Virus record (IMG/VR): IMGVR_UViG_3300044708_000078
Coordinates: 7,950 to 71,949 of that record
DNA: 64,000 nt
From: a virus
Lineage: Duplodnaviria; Caudoviricetes
Direction: 5' to 3' (one strand)
The notes beneath the pieces are model-generated. The model made no database searches. It saw only the letters and a program-made list of their open reading frames with translations, and was not told the DNA's origin. This document shows positions 18,314 to 28,130 of the stretch, in pieces; position 1 is the first letter of the stretch, and the number at the start of each line of letters is the position of its first letter. A program made the position numbers and the translations under genes.

Positions 18314-19251
18314 TGAACCACGAGATATACAACACGCCCTCGCGCTGGGCTGATGCTGGCATCTTCAAGGCTCCGCTGTTTGATGCTTCTTCTTTCCAGC
18401 GGAAGATCGACAGGATTGTCGGCCTCAGTCCATCAGGTCATTCCATTGTCCGGCTTATCTGGGCATGGGACGCTCGCAAGTGGGAGAATGTCGGATGGAA
18501 TCAATGGGGCAATGCAACCGCAGGCGAGTGGCGACAGAAGTATCGAGCGTTGACTATTCCTATCGGTAGCGACGACTACGTTGACATCTCGCCGCCGAGG
18601 TGGCTGCTGGAGGAGCGCTACGAACCGCAGGCCGTGGCGGAGTCATGGGAATTGACACGCTATCGAATGAAGATAGTTGAGCCAGTCCCGGTGATGTGCC
18701 GTTACTGCAAGAGTCCGGGGCGGTGGTTCAGTGTAGCGGAGTTAATTTCAATCTTCGCCCGCTGGGATGCCGGCCAAGTCCATGACGGCAAGGTGTTCGT
18801 CCACTGGGTCGATACGGATCGTTCCGAGGGCCATGTCCTTGTCTGTCGCTTCTGCAACATGGACACTGAGCTTCGCACCGTGCGCGAGGATGTCTGGGGC
18901 GACGTGCCGCGTGACGGGTGGTACAACCTGCTGCCGCACATCGGCATCATCGCCGACCATGCCAACGGGTGTTGTAAGCGCGCAGCGGAGGAACTTGGCG
19001 AGATTTGCTACGGCACCTACAAAGAACCTGATGGACGCGAGTTGAAGCGGCTGAAGAAGGCCATCGCCCGGCGTAACAGGGAGACGGAAACCAACCCGCA
19101 CGTTCGTCCTGAACTGGACGTGGCCGCACTGGAACAGGCGAAGCGCTGGGGCTTGCAGATGATGGCTGATCGTGAAGTCAAACGTCGCGGCGAACTGGTA
19201 GAGATCCGTCGAGCGCACAGGTTTAATAACAACATAGTCTATTCGATTTAA
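18313..19251 (+). CDS. Hypothetical Trp/Cys-rich protein
   Basis: TGATG coupling; 312 aa; CRYC and CRFC motifs. Confidence 0.7.
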   Translation: MNHEIYNTPSRWADAGIFKAPLFDASSFQRKIDRIVGLSPSGHSIVRLIWAWDARKWENVGWNQWGNATAGEWRQKYRALTIPIGSDDYVDISPPRWLLEERYEPQAVAESWELTRYRMKIVEPVPVMCRYCKSPGRWFSVAELISIFARWDAGQVHDGKVFVHWVDTDRSEGHVLVCRFCNMDTELRTVREDVWGDVPRDGWYNLLPHIGIIADHANGCCKRAAEELGEICYGTYKEPDGRELKRLKKAIARRNRETETNPHVRPELDVAALEQAKRWGLQMMADREVKRRGELVEIRRAHRFNNNIVYSI

Positions 19252-19259
19252 GGAGCTAC

Positions 19260-20351
19260 ATGTCAGCAGTTCTCGAACAACCCAAACCGGAAATCTTTGA
19301 AGCGGTTAACTACTTCGACAAACGAGTAGTCGGGTCGAACGTCAAACGCTGGGTCTGGTTTCCCGGCGATCTAATTATCCCTGAACGAAAAGCTGAGATT
19401 AGCTGGCTGGCCGTCGGCGGTGAGGAAACGACCTCTCCCTGCCTGCAACGCTACGGGCGTGGGTTTGTGCCGCGTGGGCGAGCGGCGCTGCTGGAACTTG
19501 GCGGCGAGCCGATCCCGATGCGCCATTTGGGCGATCTGCAAGCCGTCGCATGGCAGGGCATCCCGCTGAACGAAAACGCAGTGAAGAACAACTTCGGCTT
19601 CGTGCCAGTCTATCCCGGCGACGGACTCCGAGTACTACGCCGCTACTCGATGAATGATGGCGGCGTGCGCAAAGGATTGGATGAAGATACCGCGTTGCTG
19701 GGTAAGGAGTGGGAGGAGTGTCACGACGACGCTGGCGACGGCATTCTCGACGTGATCGAAGGCGTGATGTTCGCTGACGGGATGGAGCCGACGTTGAAAG
19801 GACTGGAAGACCAGATTCGTTACGTGAATGTCGCCGACTCTCGCATCGACCTCGGTAAGCTGAAATCCGACCGTCTGCGTATGTGCGAGGAGTTCCGTAA
19901 TTGGGCTACGCGCAAAGTAACCTACGAACACGGACTGCTCAAGTCCGGCACCATAGCCATTGCTACTGACGCCGTTGGCTCAGTCGGCGGCTGGTCTTAC
20001 TCTTACTCCCCTATCACTGAAATGCTGCTCCAGCAACTTGGCATCCCCCGTCAGGATCAACCACTTCAGGAGATGGCTCGGATGGTGGCGCAGGTGAGTA
20101 ACCAGCCCACAACCGTCAGCGCCATCGACATGGAAATCTTCGAGCGTAAGATGGATGAGCGGCTGGCGCGGGCGCGTGAAGCTGACGCACAACGAATCGC
20201 AGAACTGGAAGCGCGGCTTGCAGGCAAGTCCGACGACGCACCTAAGACCTACGTCTGCGAGCACTGTAACGAGGAAGTAAAGCTCGCAGGCAAGGGGATT
20301 CATATCGGGGTACATTGTCCATCCCTGCATCCGAAGACGACCGACGAGTGA
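19260..20351 (+). CDS. Hypothetical protein with C-terminal C2H2-type Zn finger
   Basis: AAGGAG RBS; coiled coil followed by YVCEHC...HIGVHC. Confidence 0.75.
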   Translation: MSAVLEQPKPEIFEAVNYFDKRVVGSNVKRWVWFPGDLIIPERKAEISWLAVGGEETTSPCLQRYGRGFVPRGRAALLELGGEPIPMRHLGDLQAVAWQGIPLNENAVKNNFGFVPVYPGDGLRVLRRYSMNDGGVRKGLDEDTALLGKEWEECHDDAGDGILDVIEGVMFADGMEPTLKGLEDQIRYVNVADSRIDLGKLKSDRLRMCEEFRNWATRKVTYEHGLLKSGTIAIATDAVGSVGGWSYSYSPITEMLLQQLGIPRQDQPLQEMARMVAQVSNQPTTVSAIDMEIFERKMDERLARAREADAQRIAELEARLAGKSDDAPKTYVCEHCNEEVKLAGKGIHIGVHCPSLHPKTTDE

Positions 20352-20359
20352 GGTGATGA

Positions 20360-21124
20360 TTGCCGTCGATCCAGCAAATCTGCTCAGACGTTCGGCTCCT
20401 AGCTGACGAGCCGTTGCCGCAGAAGCCCAGCATGCGTCGCATTCTGCTGGCGGTGGTACAAGCAACTCAGTCACTCTACAATCGACTCGCTAATACTGGC
20501 GCAGCGTGGTCTATCAAACCTGACTACACGCTGGCTGTCAGCGGCCAGACATCTGACTATCTGCTGGCAATTGACGACTCCTATGGCAAGCCGATTCAGG
20601 TGCTGACGAGTTATTTCAATAACCCCAGCTTCGTTCAACGTTACGTCGATTTCGTCGAACTGCAAGATTTAAACTTCAACTGGCCCTATCCGGTCAATGT
20701 CAGCAGTTGGATGTACACCGACGGCTCCAACTGCACGGCGATGAGGATGGCGTTTTACTATCGTGACGACGGGACGAGGTGGGTGCGGGTGTTGCCGCAG
20801 CCGTCTTTACCGGCAAGCTACCTCATCACCTTCGCCAGTAGCGACTGGATCAGCGGCGCGTCGCTGGAAACGTCGCCCGTGCTAAGTCAGTTCCACTCAC
20901 TGGTGGAGTTCTGGGCCACAGAGTCAATCCTGCCGTCATGCCAGTGGTCTGCCGATCAGCGTTACAACATGGATCACCGAAAGGAGTTGGCACTGGCATT
21001 AAAGAACGACGAGGGGAGGATTACCGATGAGTTCGAACGCTACGTACGCAACTTAGTCGATGATCACATGAGCATTCGCGCCAGCGCGATGGATGAGGCT
21101 GAATTGCAGGGAGGGCGGTGGTAA
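20360..21124 (+). CDS. Head-tail adaptor-like protein 1
   Basis: GAGGTG RBS with TTG start; helical N- and C-termini around a beta core; position after the head genes. Confidence 0.55.
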   Translation: MPSIQQICSDVRLLADEPLPQKPSMRRILLAVVQATQSLYNRLANTGAAWSIKPDYTLAVSGQTSDYLLAIDDSYGKPIQVLTSYFNNPSFVQRYVDFVELQDLNFNWPYPVNVSSWMYTDGSNCTAMRMAFYYRDDGTRWVRVLPQPSLPASYLITFASSDWISGASLETSPVLSQFHSLVEFWATESILPSCQWSADQRYNMDHRKELALALKNDEGRITDEFERYVRNLVDDHMSIRASAMDEAELQGGRW

Positions 21125-21871
21125 GTGGCGTTAACGTACAACACGCTGTTGCGACAACTTGCGCTCACGACCAATTCTCTCGGCGGTGCAACTACACCTG
21201 CAATGCTGAATTCAACTTACGATACCGTACCGTTGACCGAGATGAATTTCAGTGTTGCCACAGGATCGTCGATCTTCTCGTTTGGGTTCCTTAAGGACAA
21301 GCTGCTCAACTCGCAGGAAGGGCTGTTTCTCGCGCTCGCTTCAACTTCGACTAACCCTCTGCGTCGAGTCGTTGAGTCGCAAACTGATTCACTTGCTTAT
21401 GCTGCGCAAATCACCACGAATGCCGCTGGTCTACCCGTCGTCGGCGCATATGGAACAGTCTACGACGCAGAATCAAACGAACCTTGTACGCTGAATGAAT
21501 TAGAAGACATCCGCAGTCGTCACCTCAACCCGAACTCGATGTTCATCCTGCCCGTGTACGAGTACGCCTTCCTCGGTGATCGTGTTTACCACACGCGGGA
21601 GGAAGTGATCATCGACGTGTGCGGGTACGAACGCCCGGACGCTGACGCACTGGATCTAGAGTCAACCATCATCCTTCCCGACATCCTCGGCCCAGCGATG
21701 GTTCAGGGAGCGATTGCCGAGTGTTATCGCGATGACGAATATCTGCCACAGGCTGCGCGCGCAGGGGAATTCTATCAGGCGTGGATCAAAGCATTGCAGT
21801 CCGGCATGGCGCGAATCGAACCGCAGTCTAACCCGACGCCGGACGCGCAGAAGGAGTACGCGGCAGCATAG
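21125..21871 (+). CDS. Head-tail adaptor-like protein 2
   Basis: Abuts the upstream stop; N-terminus MALTYNTLLRQL; C-terminal LPDILGPAMVQGAIAECY. Confidence 0.55.
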   Translation: MALTYNTLLRQLALTTNSLGGATTPAMLNSTYDTVPLTEMNFSVATGSSIFSFGFLKDKLLNSQEGLFLALASTSTNPLRRVVESQTDSLAYAAQITTNAAGLPVVGAYGTVYDAESNEPCTLNELEDIRSRHLNPNSMFILPVYEYAFLGDRVYHTREEVIIDVCGYERPDADALDLESTIILPDILGPAMVQGAIAECYRDDEYLPQAARAGEFYQAWIKALQSGMARIEPQSNPTPDAQKEYAAA

Positions 21872-21880
21872 GAGGGCGAG

Positions 21881-22456
21881 ATCACCTACGACGAACTCTG
21901 CACCAGAATCTTGTTTGAGTCCCAACGTGGCGGTGAGTCTGCCGAGCAGGCAAACCTCAACACGCGTTCGGTGATCGAGTCGATCATGCCGTCGGTATTG
22001 CAGGACGTGGCGCTGCGACTGGCCCGTACTGAAGAGGGTCGCTCGCTGTTGCGTGTCACGCATACGATTACACTAACCAGCGGTGTTGGCATCGTCCCTG
22101 CCGTTGCGCTCACTCAGTGCAAGTGGGGTGCGTCAATCTCCGATCCGCTCGATACCACCGTTGCTCAACTCCAGTCTCTCGTTCCTTACTGGCAGGACTT
22201 CGTACAACCACGTGACGGACTCGCGGCAGACCTTCCGTGGTGGACGATTCGCGGTGACAGCGACTTTCACTACCTCGAAGCAGGGGAGGACTACGATCCG
22301 TCTGACGGGTATGACGGTGACATTGAACTAACTATTGCCACTGTACCCGCGATGCCAACCGTGGCAGGCGATCCGCTCGGATGGCCCGTGGAAGTTGAAA
22401 CCGACGTGATCGACTGCGCTGCTGAAATGCTACGAGGGATGAAGATCGCAGTCTAA
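21881..22456 (+). CDS. Adaptor-like protein 3 with probable non-canonical ATC start
   Basis: GGAGG at 21871-21875 precedes ATC ACC TAC GAC GAA CTC (xTYDELCTRILFES), in frame with the track's TTG at 21911. Confidence 0.55.
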   Translation: MTYDELCTRILFESQRGGESAEQANLNTRSVIESIMPSVLQDVALRLARTEEGRSLLRVTHTITLTSGVGIVPAVALTQCKWGASISDPLDTTVAQLQSLVPYWQDFVQPRDGLAADLPWWTIRGDSDFHYLEAGEDYDPSDGYDGDIELTIATVPAMPTVAGDPLGWPVEVETDVIDCAAEMLRGMKIAV

Positions 22457-24174
22457 TGGGCCAGTCACTTTCCCCACGCGTATTCAGAGGCGAGGCGTTC
22501 CGGCCAACAATTCCACGTACGGGGAACGAGGGTGAAGGGGTCTGGCGGCTGGAGAACCTCATCCGTCGCGGTAAGGACTCGCATCACTACTACGAAGTCC
22601 TCGGTGGGGAGCGCAATCTCGGCGAAGATGTCGAGATGGTGGCGTTGACTGGGACTGTAGCGGTCACCGAAGACTCGGATGTCGTCATCGGCACTGGCAC
22701 GTTGTTCCTCACCGAATGCTCTATCGGCCAGCGGATTATCATCATTAACGATGACGATGGACTCACTGTCCCGATCTTCGTCAAACAGGTAATCTCCGAC
22801 ACTCAATACATCGCATGGCGTGAATCTACCGTCACGCTCAGCGGCCAAACCGGCTGGCGAATGCCGCGATTGTTTGCGATGGATCAGGATCGGGCGACGA
22901 TGCTGTGGGGCAATGCGCTGAGACTGGACAAAGGGTCGATTCTTGCAGTTGGAGATGGAGTGCTGCGGATCAATGGTTCAACGTTAGCAGGAAGCTCGCT
23001 GACCGCCACTCGCGAACCGCAGATCGCCCTCTACGCCCCTGACGCCACCTACACCGTCTTCACTCTCGGCATGGACGAACCGCCTGCGCCGTCACTAGCC
23101 GCTGTAGCAGGTGGAACGAAAGGCATGCAGGGTGGCAACTATTCGCTCGTGATCACCCCTGCGCGTGAACAGACAGTGGGGTTCAATAATCCTTCGCAAC
23201 GCGCCGACGTGACGATTGCCACTAACGATCTTATTCGCATCACCTTCCCGGCAATGGATACAGCCAACGGCCAGAACGCGTGGCTTGTCTGGGGCACGAC
23301 TTTCGCTGAGTCTCTCGGCGCAGACCTCAACTATCTCAACGGCCCGTGGTTTTTTGTGCGCATGGTGACGACGGCGGATGTCTCCTCGGCGGGCGGGACG
23401 TATGATATTGAATGGCTGGACGCGGAGATTGAGACGAACGAGATTGTAAGTTTCGATAATGACCCGCCGCCGCAGGCATTGTTCGTCGAGCTGCTTAACT
23501 ACACCCCGACGTGGCTAAGTTGCCGTGGGCCGTCGTTCCAACGTGGCGCGGTGGACTTCCTCGATCCCAGCCCCGGCCCGTTCATTGCTCCGGCTAAGCC
23601 GACCAATATCGAAGCGGCCCCAGCAGGGATACAGTTCTCCTCGTCGCCGCCGGAGACGATCATCGGTGCGGTGTCGGCCAACGGGCGTATCTACCTCCTC
23701 ACGCCGAACACGCTACAAATTGCTCAGTCCACCCCTGACCAGAACGTCCCTATCCTCATCCGACCTTTCTGGAAAGATGGATTCGCCAACCCTGAACAGG
23801 TGGTCTTCGTAAACGGCAACCTTTACGGCTATACCGTCAGTGGGCCGGCGCGTTCAGTGGGTGAAGGTGATGAGATTGAAGCGGAGAAGGAATGGGCAGC
23901 GTATGTTACTGAATTCACCGACCACTGGACAGCGGGCCACGTGTTGACCTGCTACTTTCCCAACAAGGACTGTATCTGCTTCTTTCACGTCTGCGATTCA
24001 CTCAACGCGAGCGGCTTCTGGACAAGCTTCGCGCTGCTCTACTCACTGGGTCAGAACGACTGGGTAGGAGCGCGTAGGTTCACTAACGACACTTCAGATT
24101 CGATCATCTGTGGCGTAGCAACAGTCGGCGAGGAAATGCACCTGCTAATTGGCGGAAGGGGTCAGCCACTGTAA
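22456..24174 (+). CDS. Tail nozzle/stabilisation-like protein (N-terminal part)
   Basis: 572 aa, beta-rich; TAATG coupling; follows the adaptors as in P22 gp10/T7 gp12 gene order. Confidence 0.55.
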   Translation: MGQSLSPRVFRGEAFRPTIPRTGNEGEGVWRLENLIRRGKDSHHYYEVLGGERNLGEDVEMVALTGTVAVTEDSDVVIGTGTLFLTECSIGQRIIIINDDDGLTVPIFVKQVISDTQYIAWRESTVTLSGQTGWRMPRLFAMDQDRATMLWGNALRLDKGSILAVGDGVLRINGSTLAGSSLTATREPQIALYAPDATYTVFTLGMDEPPAPSLAAVAGGTKGMQGGNYSLVITPAREQTVGFNNPSQRADVTIATNDLIRITFPAMDTANGQNAWLVWGTTFAESLGADLNYLNGPWFFVRMVTTADVSSAGGTYDIEWLDAEIETNEIVSFDNDPPPQALFVELLNYTPTWLSCRGPSFQRGAVDFLDPSPGPFIAPAKPTNIEAAPAGIQFSSSPPETIIGAVSANGRIYLLTPNTLQIAQSTPDQNVPILIRPFWKDGFANPEQVVFVNGNLYGYTVSGPARSVGEGDEIEAEKEWAAYVTEFTDHWTAGHVLTCYFPNKDCICFFHVCDSLNASGFWTSFALLYSLGQNDWVGARRFTNDTSDSIICGVATVGEEMHLLIGGRGQPL

Positions 24175-25595
24175 TGTCCTACGACGCAGAAGTCTTGGCA
24201 GACTCCCCTGTTGCTTACTGGAAGTTGCAGGAGTTAGTCGCACCACCGCCGCCGCCTAACACTGCCCTGACCGACTCTTCCGGCAACGGCTGGAACGGCG
24301 CACTCTCACCATCTGCCGTGCTGGGTATCGCTGGCCCGATCCTGACCGACGGAACTACCTACGGCATGTCTGGCCCGGTCGGCCGGATTCCCAACACGGG
24401 TAACGCACTTCCCGGTTTGACGCCTTCAGGTGACTTCACGTGGGAATGCTGGTCGAAGAAATCCGACAGCGGCATTCACCTGATGATGAACCGGGGCCGC
24501 GACCCTGAACCTAACTCAGTCCTCTCGTGGAACGAACCTAACACGGGTGTCTGGGGCGATCAGGTGCTGTTCACACTTCAGTGGGGCACCGGTACTGATC
24601 CAGTGTTCGGGTTGAACTCGTGCCGACTGGCAGACGACACGTGGTACCACGTAGCGGGCGTGCGACAGGCGAACGTCATGCGGTTGTACATCGATGGCTG
24701 GCTGGTTGCTGATCGTGATGATTGCCCAGCCGATCCCTTTATACCTGAAGCATCCCCGTGGCGGCTGGGCTACGTGGCCGCTTTCTTCGGGGCGATCTGG
24801 GAATCGCAGGCGTTGTCCCATGTCGCGATCTACAGCAGCGCGTTGAGTGTCACTCGGTTACGTGCGCATGTTGTCGCTGCGCTTGGCTCACTTCCGGCTA
24901 ATCCCTGCGGTGTGACGCCGACGATTACTGTGGGTTGTCCGAATGCTGAAGGGATTGTGGGTGAACCTTACTCGTCGGAGATTATCGTTGTTGGAGGCAC
25001 GCCGCCTTACACGTTCTCGATCGTTAGCGGGGCGCTTCCCACTGGATTGTCGCTTAATCCCTCGACGGGGATAGTCAGCGGCACGCCAACAGTTGGCGGT
25101 ACGTTTAACTTCACTGTTCAGGTCATCGACGCCGACGCAAACATCGGCACCTCACCCGGCTGTCAGGTGGTCATCACCGCTGCGCCTCCCCCGCCACCGC
25201 CCAGCCCAACCCGAACAGTGACATTCGATTCATCGGGTTTGGGAAACACGTGGTATCTGGCGTTGTTGCCGTCAGATAGTGGCGATGAGTTGCGGAGTAA
25301 GGTACTTAAGCCGATGCGCATAACAGGGAAGGTGTCAAACTGTACGGCGAAGGTCTATTCCTATTCTCCAACGGATGAAATCGACGTTGGTAAAGTAGAA
25401 GACGGGACAGGGTTTACAGCGGAAATCAGTTTTCCTACTACGACGCAGGTTCAACAATCTGCCCTGCACTCGATAAATGTTCCCAACGCATGTACGCACC
25501 TTGTCAGGGTAGAGGGAACATGGGACGGAAACGGTTTACGGGATCGGATCGACGAAATTATGTATCAACAGGGGGAGCAGGGAGTAAGGCGCTAG
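24174..25595 (+). CDS. LamG/ConA-like + Ig-like structural protein
   Basis: YDAEVLADSPVAYWKL; DFTWECW; TWYHVAGVR...MRLYIDG; SHVAIYSSALS; Ig-like GGTPPYTFSIVSGALPTGLSLNPSTGIVSGTPT. Confidence 0.75.
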   Translation: MSYDAEVLADSPVAYWKLQELVAPPPPPNTALTDSSGNGWNGALSPSAVLGIAGPILTDGTTYGMSGPVGRIPNTGNALPGLTPSGDFTWECWSKKSDSGIHLMMNRGRDPEPNSVLSWNEPNTGVWGDQVLFTLQWGTGTDPVFGLNSCRLADDTWYHVAGVRQANVMRLYIDGWLVADRDDCPADPFIPEASPWRLGYVAAFFGAIWESQALSHVAIYSSALSVTRLRAHVVAALGSLPANPCGVTPTITVGCPNAEGIVGEPYSSEIIVVGGTPPYTFSIVSGALPTGLSLNPSTGIVSGTPTVGGTFNFTVQVIDADANIGTSPGCQVVITAAPPPPPPSPTRTVTFDSSGLGNTWYLALLPSDSGDELRSKVLKPMRITGKVSNCTAKVYSYSPTDEIDVGKVEDGTGFTAEISFPTTTQVQQSALHSINVPNACTHLVRVEGTWDGNGLRDRIDEIMYQQGEQGVRR

Positions 25596-26071
25596 GTTTT
25601 TTGGCGTCAATCTTGACGCTTTTATTGCGATTGCGCGCTCGATAGTTCGCTGATTCTGCTTTGCTGCATATTTTACATCGGCGCTTATGCTTGAGTCGTT
25701 TTGTCTTGATTAAGTTTTCAGGGGCTAGCACGTGGCCCCGAATGCAATGGGTCTTACGTGCATTTTTAGCAGACGGACTTTCACCTCGAAGGACATTGAC
25801 TTTGTTGGTGGTAAATTCAAGATGAATTGGATTACAACAGGACGTGTTACGACAGAGATGGTCGATCTCGCCATGCGAACGTTAGCCGGTGGATTGTAAT
25901 CACGGCTTCTTTAATCGAGCTGATACCGTAGCCGCGAGGGCCGCGAGCTGCAGTCCAGACCCAGCACGGCGTTCCGTTCCATGAAACATTTGGACTGATA
26001 GAAACTTTAGAAAAAATGCGAATTAAATCTTTAGTGGAAAGGTGTTCTACGGTAAGATACTCAGTAGCCAC
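25558..26071 (-). pseudogene. Frameshifted HNH endonuclease gene
   Basis: 5' frame: ...CWVWTAARGPRGYG...IHRLTFAW, stopping at 25847. An alternative frame from ~25869 reads EIDHLCRNTSCCNPIHLEFTTNKVNVLRG...KTHCIRGH...RRCKIC, with a stop at 25558. Confidence 0.8.
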
Positions 26072-26149
26072 GGCGAAGCTCTATTTCGCTAAGGTTACGA
26101 GCCGTCTGGGATGTCAGTTCCGACGGCTCAACTTTCTAAGGATTATAGC

Positions 26150-26458
26150 ATGGACTTACCACAGAAAATACAACTCATCATCGACGTGGCGAATGGTAAA
26201 CAACCGATGGCAGCGCTGAAAGACCATCTTGACTCTCCGGTAAACTTCATCAAACTTGCCATCGACCACTGCGTACAGCGCGAGCTGGCGAAGGCGGCGG
26301 TGAGCAGGGCGCAGTTCAGGTTCAGGCTCAAGGAACATGGAACCGAAACCTTCACCGACTGGCAACCGGAGACTTCACAGTTCGCCGCATCAATGGCGAT
26401 GGGTCAGGTGAGACGCGAGCATCCAACGGCGGAAGTGGCGATTGAGAGGCAGTACTGA
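26150..26458 (+). CDS. Hypothetical protein
   Basis: ATG at 26150 follows AAGGA (in frame with the track's 26111). Confidence 0.6.
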   Translation: MDLPQKIQLIIDVANGKQPMAALKDHLDSPVNFIKLAIDHCVQRELAKAAVSRAQFRFRLKEHGTETFTDWQPETSQFAASMAMGQVRREHPTAEVAIERQY

Positions 26459-26544
26459 TGGGCTGGATATATATAAACATAACAACGGCGAACGGGGTCG
26501 CTAAGGTCTACGTCAATGGTGTCCTTGTCTGGAGTTCAAACTGA
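26458..26544 (+). CDS. 28-aa microprotein MGWIYINITTANGVAKVYVNGVLVWSSN
   Basis: TGATG overlaps at both ends; not in the ORF track. Confidence 0.55.
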   Translation: MGWIYINITTANGVAKVYVNGVLVWSSN

Positions 26545-27035
26545 TGGCAGCGATGTACGACGACTATCTTGGACTGGACTCAGACTACACGTACTCGATC
26601 TATCAGCCGTTTATTGCACCGACGTTCAGCACCACCGTCGTCACGGGTGACGTTGCTCCGGTGACGGTCATCAACGGTGGCGGGGGTGGTCAGGCCACGG
26701 GGCCGAATGTGACTTTTTCCGGCGGGGCCACTGGACTGCAATTCACCGCCGCAGGCAACACGATCTCGCTTGACGGCACGTTGAATGTCGCGTCAGGCGG
26801 GACTGGGGCATCAACTGCCGCAGCCGCACGTACTAACCTTGGTGCGGCAGAGTCAGGCAATAACAACGACATCACCATGCTGTTGGCGTTGGCTGGTTCC
26901 GCAGGTTGGACGTTGCCGACTGGGACGGGTTCAAAGGTCGGATTCGACACGGCCACGGTCACGCTGACGCAACTTGCTGAAGCAGTCAAAGCACTGTTAG
27001 ACACACTCGCAGGACAGGGGATCGTACAAACCTGA
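26544..27035 (+). CDS. Fibre-like structural protein
   Basis: GTLNVASGGTGASTAAAARTNLG fibre motif. Confidence 0.65.
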   Translation: MAAMYDDYLGLDSDYTYSIYQPFIAPTFSTTVVTGDVAPVTVINGGGGGQATGPNVTFSGGATGLQFTAAGNTISLDGTLNVASGGTGASTAAAARTNLGAAESGNNNDITMLLALAGSAGWTLPTGTGSKVGFDTATVTLTQLAEAVKALLDTLAGQGIVQT

Positions 27036-27661
27036 TGCCGCGTAAGATTGGAGACATCCCCGCAAATCAATTTGTCACCGTTGGTGACGATCTTGCACCG
27101 TGCGCGTTCTCCGGCAGTTACACTGATCTGACGAACAAGCCGTCGATTCCCGCCGCGCAGGTAAACACCGACTGGAACGCGTTATCCGGCGTGGCCCAAG
27201 TCCTCAACAAGCCGACGCTGGGAACTGCCGCTGCACAGAACGTCTCAGCATTCGCAACTGCCGCACAGGGGACGAAAGCTGATTCGGCCTTGCAAAATGC
27301 CGCTCTGTTCTCTCCGGCGATTGCCTACTATAACGCCGCTGGGCTTATCTCGGCAGTCGTCAAGAAGTGGGTGGGGATAGTTTCACCGAATACCGCCAAT
27401 GGATATTCAATCGACATCTCCAGCGCAGGGTTTACCACGATTCTCAACGTGCAGATCATCTGCATTCGTAATACGTCAGCCGCTACGTCGTCGCCCAACG
27501 TCAGCATTAAGTCGATTTCCACTACAGCGATTGTCTGCAACATCGTCGAAGCTTCAACCGCACAGGTGACAATCCTCGGCTCCAGCGTGGTTGCAGGTCT
27601 GCCGATTGTCTTTGCCAGCACCGCTGGCCTGCAACTGCAAGTGATGGTGGAAGGAACATGA
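27035..27661 (+). CDS. Tail-fibre-like protein
   Basis: SGSYTDLTNKPSIP, VLNKPTLGTAAAQN and FATAAQGTKADSA fibre repeats followed by a beta-rich C-terminal domain. Confidence 0.7.
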   Translation: MPRKIGDIPANQFVTVGDDLAPCAFSGSYTDLTNKPSIPAAQVNTDWNALSGVAQVLNKPTLGTAAAQNVSAFATAAQGTKADSALQNAALFSPAIAYYNAAGLISAVVKKWVGIVSPNTANGYSIDISSAGFTTILNVQIICIRNTSAATSSPNVSIKSISTTAIVCNIVEASTAQVTILGSSVVAGLPIVFASTAGLQLQVMVEGT

Positions 27662-27662
27662 A

Positions 27663-28130
27663 ATGCCGCGCACGGGTCATTCACTCAGACGAACATCGGG
27701 CGGCCGTAAAGTTGGCGTTCGTTCGACTGCTACGACAGGAAACTTAGGCGTGGGCTACTTTGCTGCCGAGAACAAAGACATCGTGACCATCAAACGTGGT
27801 CAATGGGTGGCGATTCACGAATCCGGCTCAGGGGTGGTGCTGGCGAACGCGGATGACAACACTCACAACGCCATCGGAATGATGAGCGCAGACACGTCAG
27901 TCGGAGCAACGCAGAACGTGGTGACCGATGAAGTGTTTACGATGGCCGACTGGGGTGAGGTGACAGGGGCGACGACGTTGCATGGTGGCGCGAATTATTT
28001 CCTCGACACACGCAGCGGACGAATGACGACTGAAGCGCCTGAGGTCACAGGTCAGGTGGCCCAGTATCTCGGACGTGCTATCTCCACCATCGCGTTCGAC
28101 ATTGAAACAGGAGGGGCGATACTGCTGTGA
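27663..28130 (+). CDS. Small structural (cement/decoration-like) protein
   Basis: Gly-rich beta pattern IKRGQWVAI...VVLANAD...AIGM...LGRAIS. Confidence 0.55.
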   Translation: MPRTGHSLRRTSGGRKVGVRSTATTGNLGVGYFAAENKDIVTIKRGQWVAIHESGSGVVLANADDNTHNAIGMMSADTSVGATQNVVTDEVFTMADWGEVTGATTLHGGANYFLDTRSGRMTTEAPEVTGQVAQYLGRAISTIAFDIETGGAILL

